Source: Octopus sinensis (taxonomy: Eukaryota). Taken from it: a stretch of 64,000 nucleotides of DNA. Shown one piece after another: positions 1 through 12,358 of the stretch. A model generated the notes under the pieces. The model did no database searches. It worked only from the letters and a program-made list of their open reading frames with translations, and was not told the origin of the DNA. Location: the NCBI RefSeq assembly GCF_006345805.1, contig NC_042999.1, forward strand, positions 52,018,001 to 52,082,000, in the 5' to 3' direction. Each line of letters opens with the position of its first letter. Position 1 is the stretch's first letter. A program made the translations under genes and the position numbers.

Positions 1-2045
1 TTTGCTTTTGCTATTTACATTTGGACTTCCTGTGCTTCTCCATTCGATAATTTTAAACCTGGAAGGGACGGGCTTATGTCAGAGGCCTGCGGAGCTTAAG
101 TCGCATGTAGCCGAATCAAATTGTTTTAAATAGTACGTGTGCCTCCCACTTAATGCTTTGCAGAGTCACGCGGGGGTTAGTGGTTAGTGGGGGTTAGTGC
201 AATAGCTCAGTTTCCATGTGATCGCTTTCGTAACATTATTTGAAAAAGCAGGAAAAAATTACAGCAACATTCTCTACAGTAATTTATGTAAACCATATCC
301 GTACCAACCTGAAAATACTGCATGAAAACACTACTGCAAAAAAAAGACTTCGGCGAAATTTTACCATTATGAAAAAAAAAACCAAGTAGAAGAACAGGTC
401 ACCAACAACAACGGATTCGACACGGTCAAATGACCAACAAACATTCCATTGTTTCTCGTATCAGGAAAACATCACCAGTTTACCTTAAACATTAGCAGGA
501 CTCAATAAGAACCGTTATAGTCATTCAGAATATCAGGTCTCTTTAACAGCAAGGACTTCGAAAGATGAAAACACACTGTTAACATAGGTCGAACCGCATC
601 CGAAAGAATTGTTGTCTATAAAATTCAAATGAAATGCACAAAGGACTATTACTCCCCCACTTAGAACGGCAGGGTTACTATCTAAACGAACACACATGCT
701 GCACCATATCCAATTTAACACAATATTCCAGTAATACTCTAGATTTTGGTTGGAGTATGTATCTCTCTCTACTGCTTTTATACTGCCTTCGCGTTGGAGT
801 ATATTTCCTCTGTCTATCTAATGCTTCCATAAGGACCTCTGCTACTCGGTCCTGGCTGCTATGCTGCCACCCCCACAAACCTCTGATTCAGTTGCTTTGC
901 CTCACACCAGCACCACCACCACCACCACCATCTATGTTAACTGTTTCAGAAGACCCGCTAAGTTCTCATGTGCTGTCCTTCCTTCCCCACATAACAATTA
1001 AAACCAAATGACTGTTACATTTGAAATTGAATGGTTGAGTCTGGAACAGGTACTGTTAAATGAAAATATTCGCTATTGCTAAAGTGAAATTCAGCTAATT
1101 TAAAAAATACAATCCATAAGAATTGTGTTTTAATTAATCTTTTAATTATAATTAATTAACTGCAAAATCATAAAAATACATGTTATTCCTAATGGTGAGA
1201 TTTAACTGTTTCAAAAATATCTAAAAATTAGTAATTAGTATTTTAATTAATTAACTGTAAAAGCATTTTCGTCTTACGGTAAATTTAGTGAGTTTTTATT
1301 CGTAGAATTAGGAAGCATTTCTAAGCAGATAAAATACAAGAAATATACAAAATATGTTTGCTAAGAAGAGTTTAACAATATTAAATTCATAGGACAAGAT
1401 TTTTTGTTTTCCAATAAAACAAAATAATTTCCAATATTTCATCAAATCCGTCCTGTGCCTTTGTCATTAACTTACATTCACCACTAGGCTATTGTTTACT
1501 TTCTCAAATTTCCGATGACGGATATTTTATCGACTTTGTCTGCATCCAAGCTATTTTGGGGGATGTACTATGCTAGTACACTCATTTTGTCTCATATGAA
1601 TTACTAGTACTATCTAAATAAAATTTGAACTGTTTGTATATAGATAAAACTATTTGTCCATCGATTAAATCAGAAAGGTGTAGACTATACAATGCTGATG
1701 AAATTTGATAAACAGAAACATAACGGTAGTGATCTCCCTCGACTATAAAGATCAACTTTTGTCAACTAATACCACATCTAAATTAACATAAAGTAATTCG
1801 TCGTTTATTCTTTTATTCTTTTACTTGTTTCAGTCATTTGACTACAGCCATGCTGAACTATATTATATTATTTCGTCTTCTTACCTCTTTAACCTTATCT
1901 TTCACCTATCTGGCTACTCACATATTTAATCTGTTCTTTCTTGAACTTTCAACTATTTCATTAGTTCCCTGCTACTAAAGATATATACAAAAGAATCACA
2001 TCATTATAAATCTAAGTACCAAAGTTGAACAGCGCCACCGTACTC

Positions 2046-2202
2046 CTATCTGTTGGTGCTGCTTTCCACTTGTTTCCCAGTATAAATCACAGAAAGTGCC
2101 ATTTCCTTCATTGGTTGAATAAACCAATAGGACGGAACTTGAAATTTCTCATTCAAGTCAAATTTTACAATAAGGTTCTCACAATTCCCACAGTTGTCCA
2201 TC
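2046..2202 (-). CDS. candidate exon, unknown protein
   Basis: Acceptor-like ttttccgacag followed by an open frame MDNCGNCENLIVKFDLNEKFQVPSYWFIQPMKEMALSVIYTGKQVESSTNR*; no family recognised. Confidence 0.2.
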
Positions 2203-2394
2203 CTGTCGGAAAACGTATTTCGTTATTCTAAAATTAGCTTTAAAAGGATAAACTTATTTAGCATTTATACATATGCAAAAATACAGATCAAGATGTTATA
2301 TAGACATGTACATATACACATACACATACCCTGTTCCACAGAAAAATGCTGCAAATAGGCATTGATGAAAACATATCACACCAAAGTAGTGCGA

Positions 2395-2605
2395 ATAAAG
2401 ACGGTGTGAGCCGAGAATATTAACCAGACTTGGAAAAATATGGCTGTGCGAACTCTTCTCTTGACTGGTCTGTAGAGGATATTATCTCCATAGACATTAA
2501 AACCGGCCAGAAACTGATATGAACTGAAAAATTCAACAGAAACAGTGATATCGAGAGACTCTACCTAAGAAAAGATAAAGGAGGTAGGGGATACGAAACC
2601 TGCAG
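2395..2605 (+). mobile_element. R4/Dong-like non-LTR retrotransposon RT fragment (decayed)
   Basis: Translates as DWSVEDIISIDIKTGQKLI*TEKFNRNSDIERLYLRKDKGGRG, matching the R4-clade DW..E...D.KTRK...NSD..RLY..R..GGRG block; homologous to 47170-47379. Confidence 0.7.
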
Positions 2606-2961
2606 CTTCTATATCCAGATCACAAATTTGAATGATAGAAATGTAGAGTAATATATGTGTATAGTTATAATGCTAAACCAACGAACATATCTTGTAATCT
2701 GTTCTTCTGGATTTTCGAATTTCATAACGCTTTTATTTTAATTGAACAAATATATACATATATATACATGTATGTATGTATGTATGTATGTATGTATGTA
2801 TGTATGTATGTATGTATGTATGTATGTATGTATGTGTGTGTGTGTGTGTGTGTCTGTGTGAGTGTGAGTGTATGCCTATTCTGATTATGCAGAGAGGTGG
2901 TAGCTAGATATCTGTAATCACAGGCAGATAGATAACTCTATAGAAAGGTGGATACATTCTA

Positions 2962-3053
<92 letters not shown>

Positions 3054-4736
3054 TATACACACACATTTAGAAAGAAGTAAAAATAAAATATTTACTTCAC
3101 ACATCCAATGATAAAAGCGTGCCACCAATTGAAATGTAATTTATAGCGATAAATATTTGCAGATAAAACTTTGGAAAGAAAACTAGATAAAGAAATGCTA
3201 TGTTGGCAGAATGAACAGTAAATTACATTAGAATGAGCAATGCTTCCATTAACTAGAATCACAAACCTTACAAAAGAGTGGAGAATATTTATGGTTTTTG
3301 TGAATGATGAAAGAAAGGTTAGAGAGATTGGATACAGTTACCTTTGAGTAACTTGTCATGTTGCTTAGACTCAGATTATCCCTGATGATACATATGAATG
3401 ATCAAAACTATTGTGTATTATCGAACGTCTCGTTCATGCTTTCAAACTAATTATAATTTGAGTAAGATTTTGGTCACTATATCAGGCATATTAACTGATG
3501 ACCTAGCACCCCTTAGTTCATCTCTGTATGTGAATGTCTAAAGGTAGGTTGTATAGGTGTGTGTATGCTTATTTTGATGTGTTTAGGGTGATGTGTTTAT
3601 AGAGATGTATATTTATGTGCAAAGGTAGGTGTGCTTTGGGCATATGTAGAAAGGTAGATATGTTTAGGTAGATGTTATGTGATGATGTGTTTAGATAGAA
3701 TATTTAAGTCGCTCGGTGCACAAAAGTAAATTAAAGATAGAGAAGTGCTTAGATATGCCTAGAAGGTTATGTTTAGATTAGAGCATAAAGGTATTTAAAA
3801 AAGGTAAGTAAAAGCAGGTGTGTTTAATAAGGTTTATTTTGGTAAAAGTACGTGTATCTAAGCAGGTGTTTACAGGGATGCATTTACATAGGTCTTTTGG
3901 TAGGTATCATACGTGGGTGGGTGTTTTCCGACGCTGCTTCTGATTCAATACTATTCAGATATGAACTTTGAACTAGCAATTTATTTCGGTGTTTGGTTTA
4001 CAATGTAGATACTCGAAGTTGTGATATCATCGTGTAATTATCTACAATGACATCGAAATTGGGAAAGGGCTCCAATTAAGAAAATATGATGGATCTATGA
4101 ATAGCGTACAATAAAATTGATTCGACTGGACTTTCAGTACAAAATGCTGTAAAGTGATAGAAGTTAAGATAGCAGAGTGGAGTTATAGTCAACATGACGT
4201 TGTCTTAATGTTTTACTTTTCATTTTTTTTTGTGAAAAGAGGGCATATCGCTTAGATATAGAAGAGCTAGAAGAGTTCTCTGTCATCCTGATTAAGTATA
4301 TACGTATCTATGTATATACATGCATATTCCTGTGAGATTTGTTTGAATTGCTATTACTATTCCCTGTTTTATGAACTATTATTAACAAACATGGACAAAA
4401 ACAAAACGTAGGGTATTACAGGAATTAAAAATATTAAATCGTAGAAAAGCATAAAAAAATAGTATTAAAAGATTTATGGTTCCTTCTTTTCAAATTAATG
4501 ATAAATGATCTAAGGTGAAGATGAAAACAGAATTTATGCAAGCGGTGTCATTATCTCCATCTTATTCTAAGCAGCGCTTTCTTCTAACAAAACGTTATTA
4601 CAATGAGCAAGAAATGCAGGTGGAGACGCCACCCACGAATATTATATTCTCTACACTCTTCTTCTGTTATTTTGAATTGAAAGTGTTAGACTGATGAGCC
4701 TTTGTTTCTGCTGGTTCCTTCATAAGAGACACTTAC

Positions 4737-4911
4737 GAGTTCATGTGGTGGTATGACCCGTTTTCTTTCGGTTTTCTTTTGGTTTTCTTTTGTTGTTTTT
4801 TTCTTCCTTTGTTTATCTGTGGCTAGTCGCAAGAAACGCCCAACAGTCGTATGGAATGATTTAATTGGTGTAAAATAGTAAACATCCTTAAAGTCAGTAG
4901 ATCTGGCATGC
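4737..4911 (-). CDS. candidate internal exon, unknown protein
   Basis: Open frame VAFLLLHARSTDFKDVYYFTP...KRVIPPHEL ends at a strong donor CTC|gtaagt; acceptor ambiguous (ccctcag or atgccag). Confidence 0.3.
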
Positions 4912-5101
4912 AGCAGCAAAAATGCAACATCTGAGGGTGCACCATACATTGAGATGGAGTTGAAAAGATTTCAAATTCAAAGATATTAAGAAGTAGTTCT
5001 CAACTTAAGGAATATCTGATGAATATGGAAAAAATTGTTTGCCAATGAACATGTGAGGTACAAAGCATTATGTTGTGATGCATTAGTAAAGCCTACCAAA
5101 G

Positions 5102-5315
5102 CAGCGAGCTGGCAGAACCGTTAGAACGCAGGGTGAAATGCTTAGCCGTATTTCGTCTGCCGCTACGTTTTGAGTTCAAATTCCGCCAAGGTCGACATTG
5201 CTTTGCATCCTGTCGGGGTCGATAAATTAAGTACCAGTGGGACACGGGTCGATGTAATCAACTAGTCCCCTCCCCCACATTTCAGGCCTTGTGCCTATAG
5301 TAGAAAGTATTATTA
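5102..5315 (+). mobile_element. SINE family A (gcgagctggcagaa...gttcaaattcc...)
   Basis: Same sequence recurs more than 10 times in the window; B-box-like GTTCAAATTCC. Confidence 0.9.
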
Positions 5316-5831
5316 TATTTGTCCTAAGCTGAAAGGAATTCCACGTGTATAGTCATACCCTTGGATAACCCTGGAAAAAGAAATTTAACAGGTGGTAACC
5401 GACAAACAGAAGCATAAGAGCATTTAAGAGCGCAAAACACTTCATTTCATGTTGTTGACGATCAAAGGGGAATGTTGGTCTGCTCGCCTCATTCGATGGC
5501 CCCATTCGATGCAAAACGTATTGGGACCAGTGATGTATAACAACTTCTGATAGTCTAGTCGGTCAGGTAATATATATGTATACTTTTGCATATCAATATT
5601 GTTGCGCAAGAAAAAGAGTCAAGATTAAATGTAAGGCATTCATAACTGAGTTTTTAAATGACTGAAATAACAATTAAAAATGCGATATTTCATCTGAAAC
5701 AACCTAATACATTGGCGCATATATATGTATACACTTATATACAAATATTGAAATAAACAGATAAAACCTTGGGCGTTAATGCACAAAATATACATATATA
5801 CATGTATACATGTATATATATTCACACTCAC

Positions 5832-5892
<61 letters not shown>

Positions 5893-5912
5893 TGTATATA
5901 AACATGTATATA

Positions 5913-5957
<45 letters not shown>

Positions 5958-5959
<2 letters not shown>

Positions 5960-6120
5960 AATCTGGCGTCAAGCTTTGAGTTTCGAATTCTAGAAGAGAA
6001 TTTCTCAGCAACTTGCAGTTCCATCTTTGTCGTTTCACTTCCAATCCTTGAAGTTGAATCTTGCTTGATTTTCTCTGTTTTCACAGATGAATAAAGAACT
6101 TTCCAATTTAATTTTATAAA
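5958..6120 (-). CDS. candidate internal exon, unknown protein
   Basis: ccgcag acceptor, 54 open codons FIKLNWKVLYSSVKTEKIKQDST...KLDARL, donor gtatgt; phase-compatible with 4737-4911. Confidence 0.3.
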
Positions 6121-7182
6121 CTGCGGAAATTGCTTAATTAAATTTCAACAAATATTCTATAGGAACCAATTAATACTTTGACAAATAATCATGAAATTCC
6201 AATCTGTATCTGAATTTAGCATTTTGAAGAAAGTCGGCATAAGTGACAGTACTTTTATTCAAATATTTGCGGAAGTAATTCATGGTGAAAAAGAGAAGAT
6301 CAACCAAAATTGAAGCTCATTCGTGACCGAAATAGTCTTTCAGCTGCTGCACATAAATCGTGGCAGTGTATTCATTCTGCAGACATGGGAAATCCATGAT
6401 TGATTTTTACAGGAACGTTTCTTTTGAAAGACCTAAACCTTGCACACATCAGAACTGTGAACTTTTAATTAAATTCTGACAAATGCTTTGAAACGTGGTT
6501 TTTCATAATACTTAAAAACATTGCTGATAAAATATCAAACTGGTTGGCTTTCGATCACAAAGTGAAAACGAAAAGGGTAAAAGCTGTTCAGAAGTTAAGA
6601 TTTTTTACTTGAAACAAATATTTTCACCTTTCACCTACAATTATATTCCATCCATGGAAAATTGTTTGAAGAAACGAAACGAATGTTTGCGTTGACTGTA
6701 GCAATATTTGGCGGAATTCTGTTCCTTGTAATTTAGGTATCACTTTCAACACAGTTATTGATCAAGAAGAGCTAAATGGGGAAGGGGGAATAGAGACAGT
6801 GATTGAGTGAGAGAGAGAGAGGGAGAGGGAAGTGACCAGGATTGATGGCAGTTTTAATATTTTGTTACAATTTATGGTATCGTTTTAAACACGAATTGTA
6901 AACATTGCTCTACTGAACAAACAATATGAATTACTGTCTATGCTTTAAATGCTGTTAGCTTCAAAATACAACTTCGCCATCAACAATAAAATGGGGGATT
7001 AAAAAGTATTAAAACATTGTTAACGAGTGTGACCAAATTTTAAGTCTGATCTAACATTCAACAGCATATTATCTTCTGGAATATTCGATACAAATATTTC
7101 AGAAACCAAATTATTTCTTCATTGGTATCAAGGCATATTCTATTGAGTATTTTTCTGAATATCCCAGTTAACAACAAGACGA

Positions 7183-7360
7183 CGAGTTGGCAGAATTGTT
7201 AGCACACCGGACTAAAAGCTTAGCGGCATTTCGTTCGTCTTTACCTTTTCAGTTCAAATTTTCAAATTCTACTGGGATCGACTTTGCCAATCAACTTTCC
7301 TGCATTGATAACATAAAATACCAGTTGTGTACTGGTGTCGGTGCAATCTATTTATCCCCT
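7183..7360 (+). mobile_element. SINE family A, diverged
   Basis: gagttggcagaattgttagcacaccgg...gttcaaatt similarity to other copies. Confidence 0.75.
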
Positions 7361-7508
7361 CTCCCAAATTTGAAATCAACGCTACATTTGACATTCAGGT
7401 TCACCATTTCACATTTTCAGGGAAAATGATGACGGCCATAGCACAACACATCAGCTATAAACAGTAATTACTTCGGTGCCTTCGAGAAACGGTAATTAAT
7501 ATACACAT

Positions 7509-7593
<85 letters not shown>

Positions 7594-8019
7594 AATACGT
7601 ACACATAAATCGTGGCAGTGTATTATTTTTGCACACATTAAAACTGTAAATCACCAAATTAATATGGCCGTTCAATGTTACTACTGTTTACAGCCAACGA
7701 TTCTAGTCAACGCACAAGACAGCCATTATGCTCCCCACCACAAAACACCACCATGCAGACTCTGTTGAGACTAGTAAGAAACAATTATGAACTTTTTATT
7801 ACACTTAACTTTTAAAAATGTTTTTGATAAGGTTCGTCTTTACAAGAACCGCAACATGTAAAATCTCTAAGAAAATTAAAATTTATGTTATATAGCGGTG
7901 TTTTCAAACTTCTTTTTTATAAATATATACCCACTCGTATGCCACCTAAACTTTATATATGTATATATATATATAAGTATATACATACATACATACATAT
8001 ATATATATATACGTGTATA

Positions 8020-8094
<75 letters not shown>

Positions 8095-8104
8095 TATATA
8101 AAGT

Positions 8105-8310
8105 TAATCCAAACAAGAAAGCACAAAAAAACACAATAACGCGAGGAAGTGGGACAAATATAGTATTATTGGACGCTCAGGAAAGAAGGAAAGAAGGAGG
8201 GTTTAACGTTTCGAGCGGAGCTCTTCGTCGGAAACATAGGAGAAGGAAAGATCCAGAGAAGGGAAGACAGAGGAAAAAAAAATCGCCAACGGTACACACG
8301 AGGTCACGTT
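8105..8310 (-). mobile_element. short PLE-type repeat carrying a minimal HHR
   Basis: Non-coding repeat bounded by (TA)n/(TG)n tracts that contains the HHR at 8201-8235. Confidence 0.55.
8201..8235 (-). ncRNA. minimal type-I hammerhead ribozyme motif
   Basis: Minus strand GTTT-CCGACGA-A-GAGC-TCC-GCTC-GAAA-CG-TT-AAAC: stem I GTTT/AAAC, stem II GAGC/GCTC, palindromic stem III ACGT, GUU triplet; U4C variant and extra A after A9. Confidence 0.65.
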
Positions 8311-8317
8311 ATATATG

Positions 8318-8366
<49 letters not shown>

Positions 8367-8404
8367 CTTTCATTCTCTCTGTTTAGTTTCTCTTATTCCT
8401 CTCT

Positions 8405-8745
8405 GTTGAAGAGAGTAGGATCTCACACGACCTCATACTCAACACGGAGGCCTATATCAAGTACCTGGAGGGGTAGTGCTGCCATGGCTGAAGAGGGTGG
8501 CTGCTGGAAGACTCTATGTCTAGCGAGAGGACTCTGCACCATTCCACAAAAGCAGGAGAACTCAGTCATGGCTGTCAAGCAATATCTGCGAGTATATCAC
8601 ACTTAACATCTGGCCATCAACTCCCCCGACTGCCTCCCATTCGTTTACTTTGTGTGGGGCGCAGTTGAGCGAGCGACAAACAAAACTCCTTGTAACACCA
8701 AAGATGAACTGATGGCAATGATTATGGCAGTATTGACCGACAATT
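8405..8745 (+). mobile_element. Tc1/mariner (DD37D, maT-type) transposase fragment
   Basis: With frameshifts reads NTEAYIKYLE..VVLPWLKRVAAGRLYV*REDSAPFHKSRRTQSWLSSNICEYITLNIWP..NSPDCLPFVYFVWGAVERATNKTPCNTKDELMA; DSAP.H and SPD..P..Y.VWG motifs with 37-residue spacing. Confidence 0.9.
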
Positions 8746-9872
8746 TTTCAAATAAACGAAAGAGACTAATAGAAGTGTTTTGAGAAATGAGGAATCACAT
8801 TTGGCTAACAAAAATTGTTTCGATTAATAAAGAACTCCAAGTATTCTTGTGGCAGGATCCGAGGTTATAATTCTATAATGTAAGTCCTTGGTTGTGATTC
8901 ATTTTATAGTTTCTGCATAGAGTGATATACAAGAAAGGGTATAAGTAATGATCATGAAAGGAAAAATAGGTAATGACCATATTGATAATTTTCTTCTATT
9001 TGAAAAAGCGCCTCTTTCCCGAAATGTTATAGGATCATTAAACCACCTATTGAAGTAATACAATATGTTTTGTCTTTGTTTTCATTTATTAACATCCTCT
9101 TACCTATTTTGCCTAACGCTTTATTTGCATTGCTCAAAGTTTTGTTTTCCAAACTTTTCTATGATTTACACACTTTGCAACGCTTCAAGTAAATTACAAT
9201 ATTTTTATATAGACAAATGTATCTTTGATCTCATCATCTGGTTGTATATCTTCCTGTATCTTAAATTTGTTCGATTCTACTGTAAGAATGCTATAACGAC
9301 AATATGAACAATATTGCTACAATAATTTCTGTATATGTCATGCAACAAGTAATCAGAGCTGTTTCACTGCTAAAACTTCCGTTTTTAATAACAAGTCAAC
9401 AAATTTAGAAAAAAAGCGCAAGTTTATCAGAGAAGATGTCGTTGTTTTTAATTAACGAAGTCCTGTATTCGTAGCATAACATCTATGATATCAATTTACG
9501 CCTTGTTATAATTTCATTCATGTTATTGGCATTCATCTTAGTCTTCTAGTCTCATTTATTTCCATGTTCAAATTTTCAGGTTTTATTTTGTCGTTTTTAT
9601 CTCTAGCATTCTCTTTTAACTCTTGCTTTCACTAGTGTATTTCTCTGCAATTCTCATATTTCATTAATATCATTGAGTTTTGTTTTTAGATTCTCTTCTT
9701 AATTCTAAAGTTTTTATCGATTTCTTCCGTTATATCACATAATCAGATTTCTATAGAACTATTACTTGCGTTTACAGAAGGAGCCGTCCTGGCAAAATTA
9801 TCGAGAAGTTGACCGGTGTGTGTGTGTGTGTGCGCGCTTGTGTGTGTGTGTGTGCGTTTGTGTGTGTGTGCG

Positions 9873-9920
<48 letters not shown>

Positions 9921-10520
9921 GTGTGTGTGTGTTGGTGGAAGATAAATGTAAGTCAAGGAAGACGATGGGAATGGAAGAAATTCCTTGGTTGAATGTTGTA
10001 ATCTACCCCTAGTGTAGTCTCTATATACAAAAATATTATTAAATAATACAGATGAACGTGGGGCGAGATCCTTGGACAATTCACTTGACCCCTCAACAAT
10101 TAATTAGAAATTAGTTACCAATGAAGGACAGTAGAAGAAATGGCATCGATTGTTCAGTCTAATTAAAATATCATTCTTGAGCCTTCTTTATGAGATCCAA
10201 GTTTTATGAACCATTCTACAACAGATGAAACTGTTATAAATGTAATAAAAGAGTAACTGCTATAAAACAGACTTTCGACAAGAGTATCAGGAGTAATAAT
10301 TATAAGAACCATTCTTCAATAAGAGGATCGTGAGTAACTTGTTCTTACTTCCAGATCAGGTTATGCTACAAAATCTAATCTAATTTCAGTGGTTAAATGT
10401 CTGCGAATAATCAACAGCCACCGCTTTATTGTCATTCAATTCCGTCTCTGCTCAAACAGAGACTTTTTATAGTCATAAACACATTCTAGAATTTAATTAG
10501 TTTATATAAGCGTTCTGTGT

Positions 10521-10523
<3 letters not shown>

Positions 10524-10586
<63 letters not shown>

Positions 10587-10628
10587 GCAATAATAATAAT
10601 GATGATGATGAGGAGGATGATGATGATA
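10524..10628. repeat. (AAT)n/(GAT)n microsatellite
   Basis: Direct reading of the sequence. Confidence 0.95.
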
Positions 10629-11309
10629 AACAAATAAAAAAAAAACTAGAATGAGAAGCGCAAACAAACTACGAATTAAGTGAAGTGAAAATATTCAGAG
10701 ATGAAATCTTCTGATAGGAAGAACCAGGAAAATGTATAAAGGTTATCAAGATAACGAAAAAGTTTCCGTTGATAAAATATCAATAATTGCTTCGATATTT
10801 CCTTTGATAATTTTATAAAAATCTACCCGAATGATTATGTTTGTAGTTGAGTTTTGAATTGAGAAAGAATGGGAGACTGTCTATTAGATCTACCATTTTA
10901 TTGCATTTTAGATAAATAGAAGATAGGTTTTCTTTGCAATAACAATTTAAAGACAAGATTGTATAATAGAACTGTAGGTGATTATAAGAGAATGATATCT
11001 GTGAAATTGGAGGTTATAACAGAACAGTGTAGTAAAATTGGCATTCTAGAATATAAGGGCATAATAACACTGAATGCGTGGGTTATAATAGAACAGTAAT
11101 AATTGAAGTGTATCGTTGTGACAAAACTGCTACAGCGGAAGAGTGGGTTGTGATGGAATCGTGACTGTAGAAGTGTAGTTTATGATACAGCAGTAACACT
11201 GAATCTGTAGCTTTTCAAAGAATTGTGACATAGAAAAAACAAGTTATGACAGAACATTGATATTGATTTCAAAATTTGGCACGAGGCAAGTAATTTTAAA
11301 GGGAAATGA

Positions 11310-11468
11310 CAAGTCTATTACATTGATCCCAGTGCTCAACTGGTGCTTATTTTATGGAACCCGGGAGAATAATTGGCAAAATCGACGTCGGCAGAATTTG
11401 AAACTGGAACGTAAAGACAGACGAAATTCCGGTAAGCATTTTGCTCTGTTTATTAACAATTCTTCCAC
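11310..11468 (-). mobile_element. SINE family A, diverged
   Basis: Reverse complement matches the family A head; head-to-head with 11475-11660. Confidence 0.7.
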
Positions 11469-11474
11469 GTCGGA

Positions 11475-11660
11475 GGCGGCGAGCTGGCAGAAACGTTAGC
11501 ACGCCGGGCAAAATGCGTAGCGGTATTTCGTCTGCCGTTACGTTCTGAGTTCAAAATCCTTTCGGGGTCGATTAAATAAGTACCAGTTACGCACTGGGGT
11601 TGATATAATCGACTGGGCCCCTCCCAAAAATTTCAGGCCTGTGCCTTCAGCAGAAAATAA
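11475..11660 (+). mobile_element. SINE family A
   Basis: ggcgagctggcagaaacgttagcacgccgggc... Confidence 0.9.
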
Positions 11661-12303
11661 TTCTATCACGTCGGCGTCTTATGACAGAAAGGAAATATTG
11701 AAACTGTAGTTTATGAAACAGCTGAAATCTTGAGAGTAGATTATGACTGAACTATAACGTTATAACAAGAAGCCATGGCTATTATACTTATAATTCTTTT
11801 TATTTTGTTTATCTTGAGTTTTGAAGATACTGTTGGCTCAAGATGCATTACACCTCTTTATTGATGTTGAGTGCTGCCTATTAGCAATTCGCATATTGAT
11901 TTTTAGACAATGCGATCTATTGATTATAGAAAGTTTGAATAGCCCAGAGCATTTACCTTCGCTGTGCATGCATTAGAAAACCTATTTAACATTATTACTG
12001 TGTACCATCTGTGCAAGATATTGAGGTTGAAATAACGTAAACACTTTAACACTAATTTTTAAATAAATAATTTCTTTTTTAAAAAAAGCATTAATTTGTT
12101 GGCCACCCATATTGATGTCTCTGCTTCACGTTTATTTTCTCGAAGATGATCTGCACGTTGCTAGAAAGCGTGAGTGGAAAGTTCAGGATAAAAGCAATTC
12201 TGCACAGAACTAGTCAGTACGTCTTTCTGTGCAAGCACACATACGTGAATACTGTCAGTCCTACATATGCACATTACATTTTTATGTACATACATATTTA
12301 TCT

Positions 12304-12358
<55 letters not shown>

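Noticed and set aside
172-198. gggggttag/ggttag repeats resembling telomeric DNA
   Set aside because: Only three irregular units; not a TTAGGG array.
533-1011. Overlapping ORFs on both strands in non-repetitive DNA
   Set aside because: No convincing splice sites or recognisable motif; lengths are compatible with chance.
3378-3432. CTGATGA...TATCGAACGTC hammerhead-like relic
   Set aside because: GAAA is not intact and stem II does not close properly.
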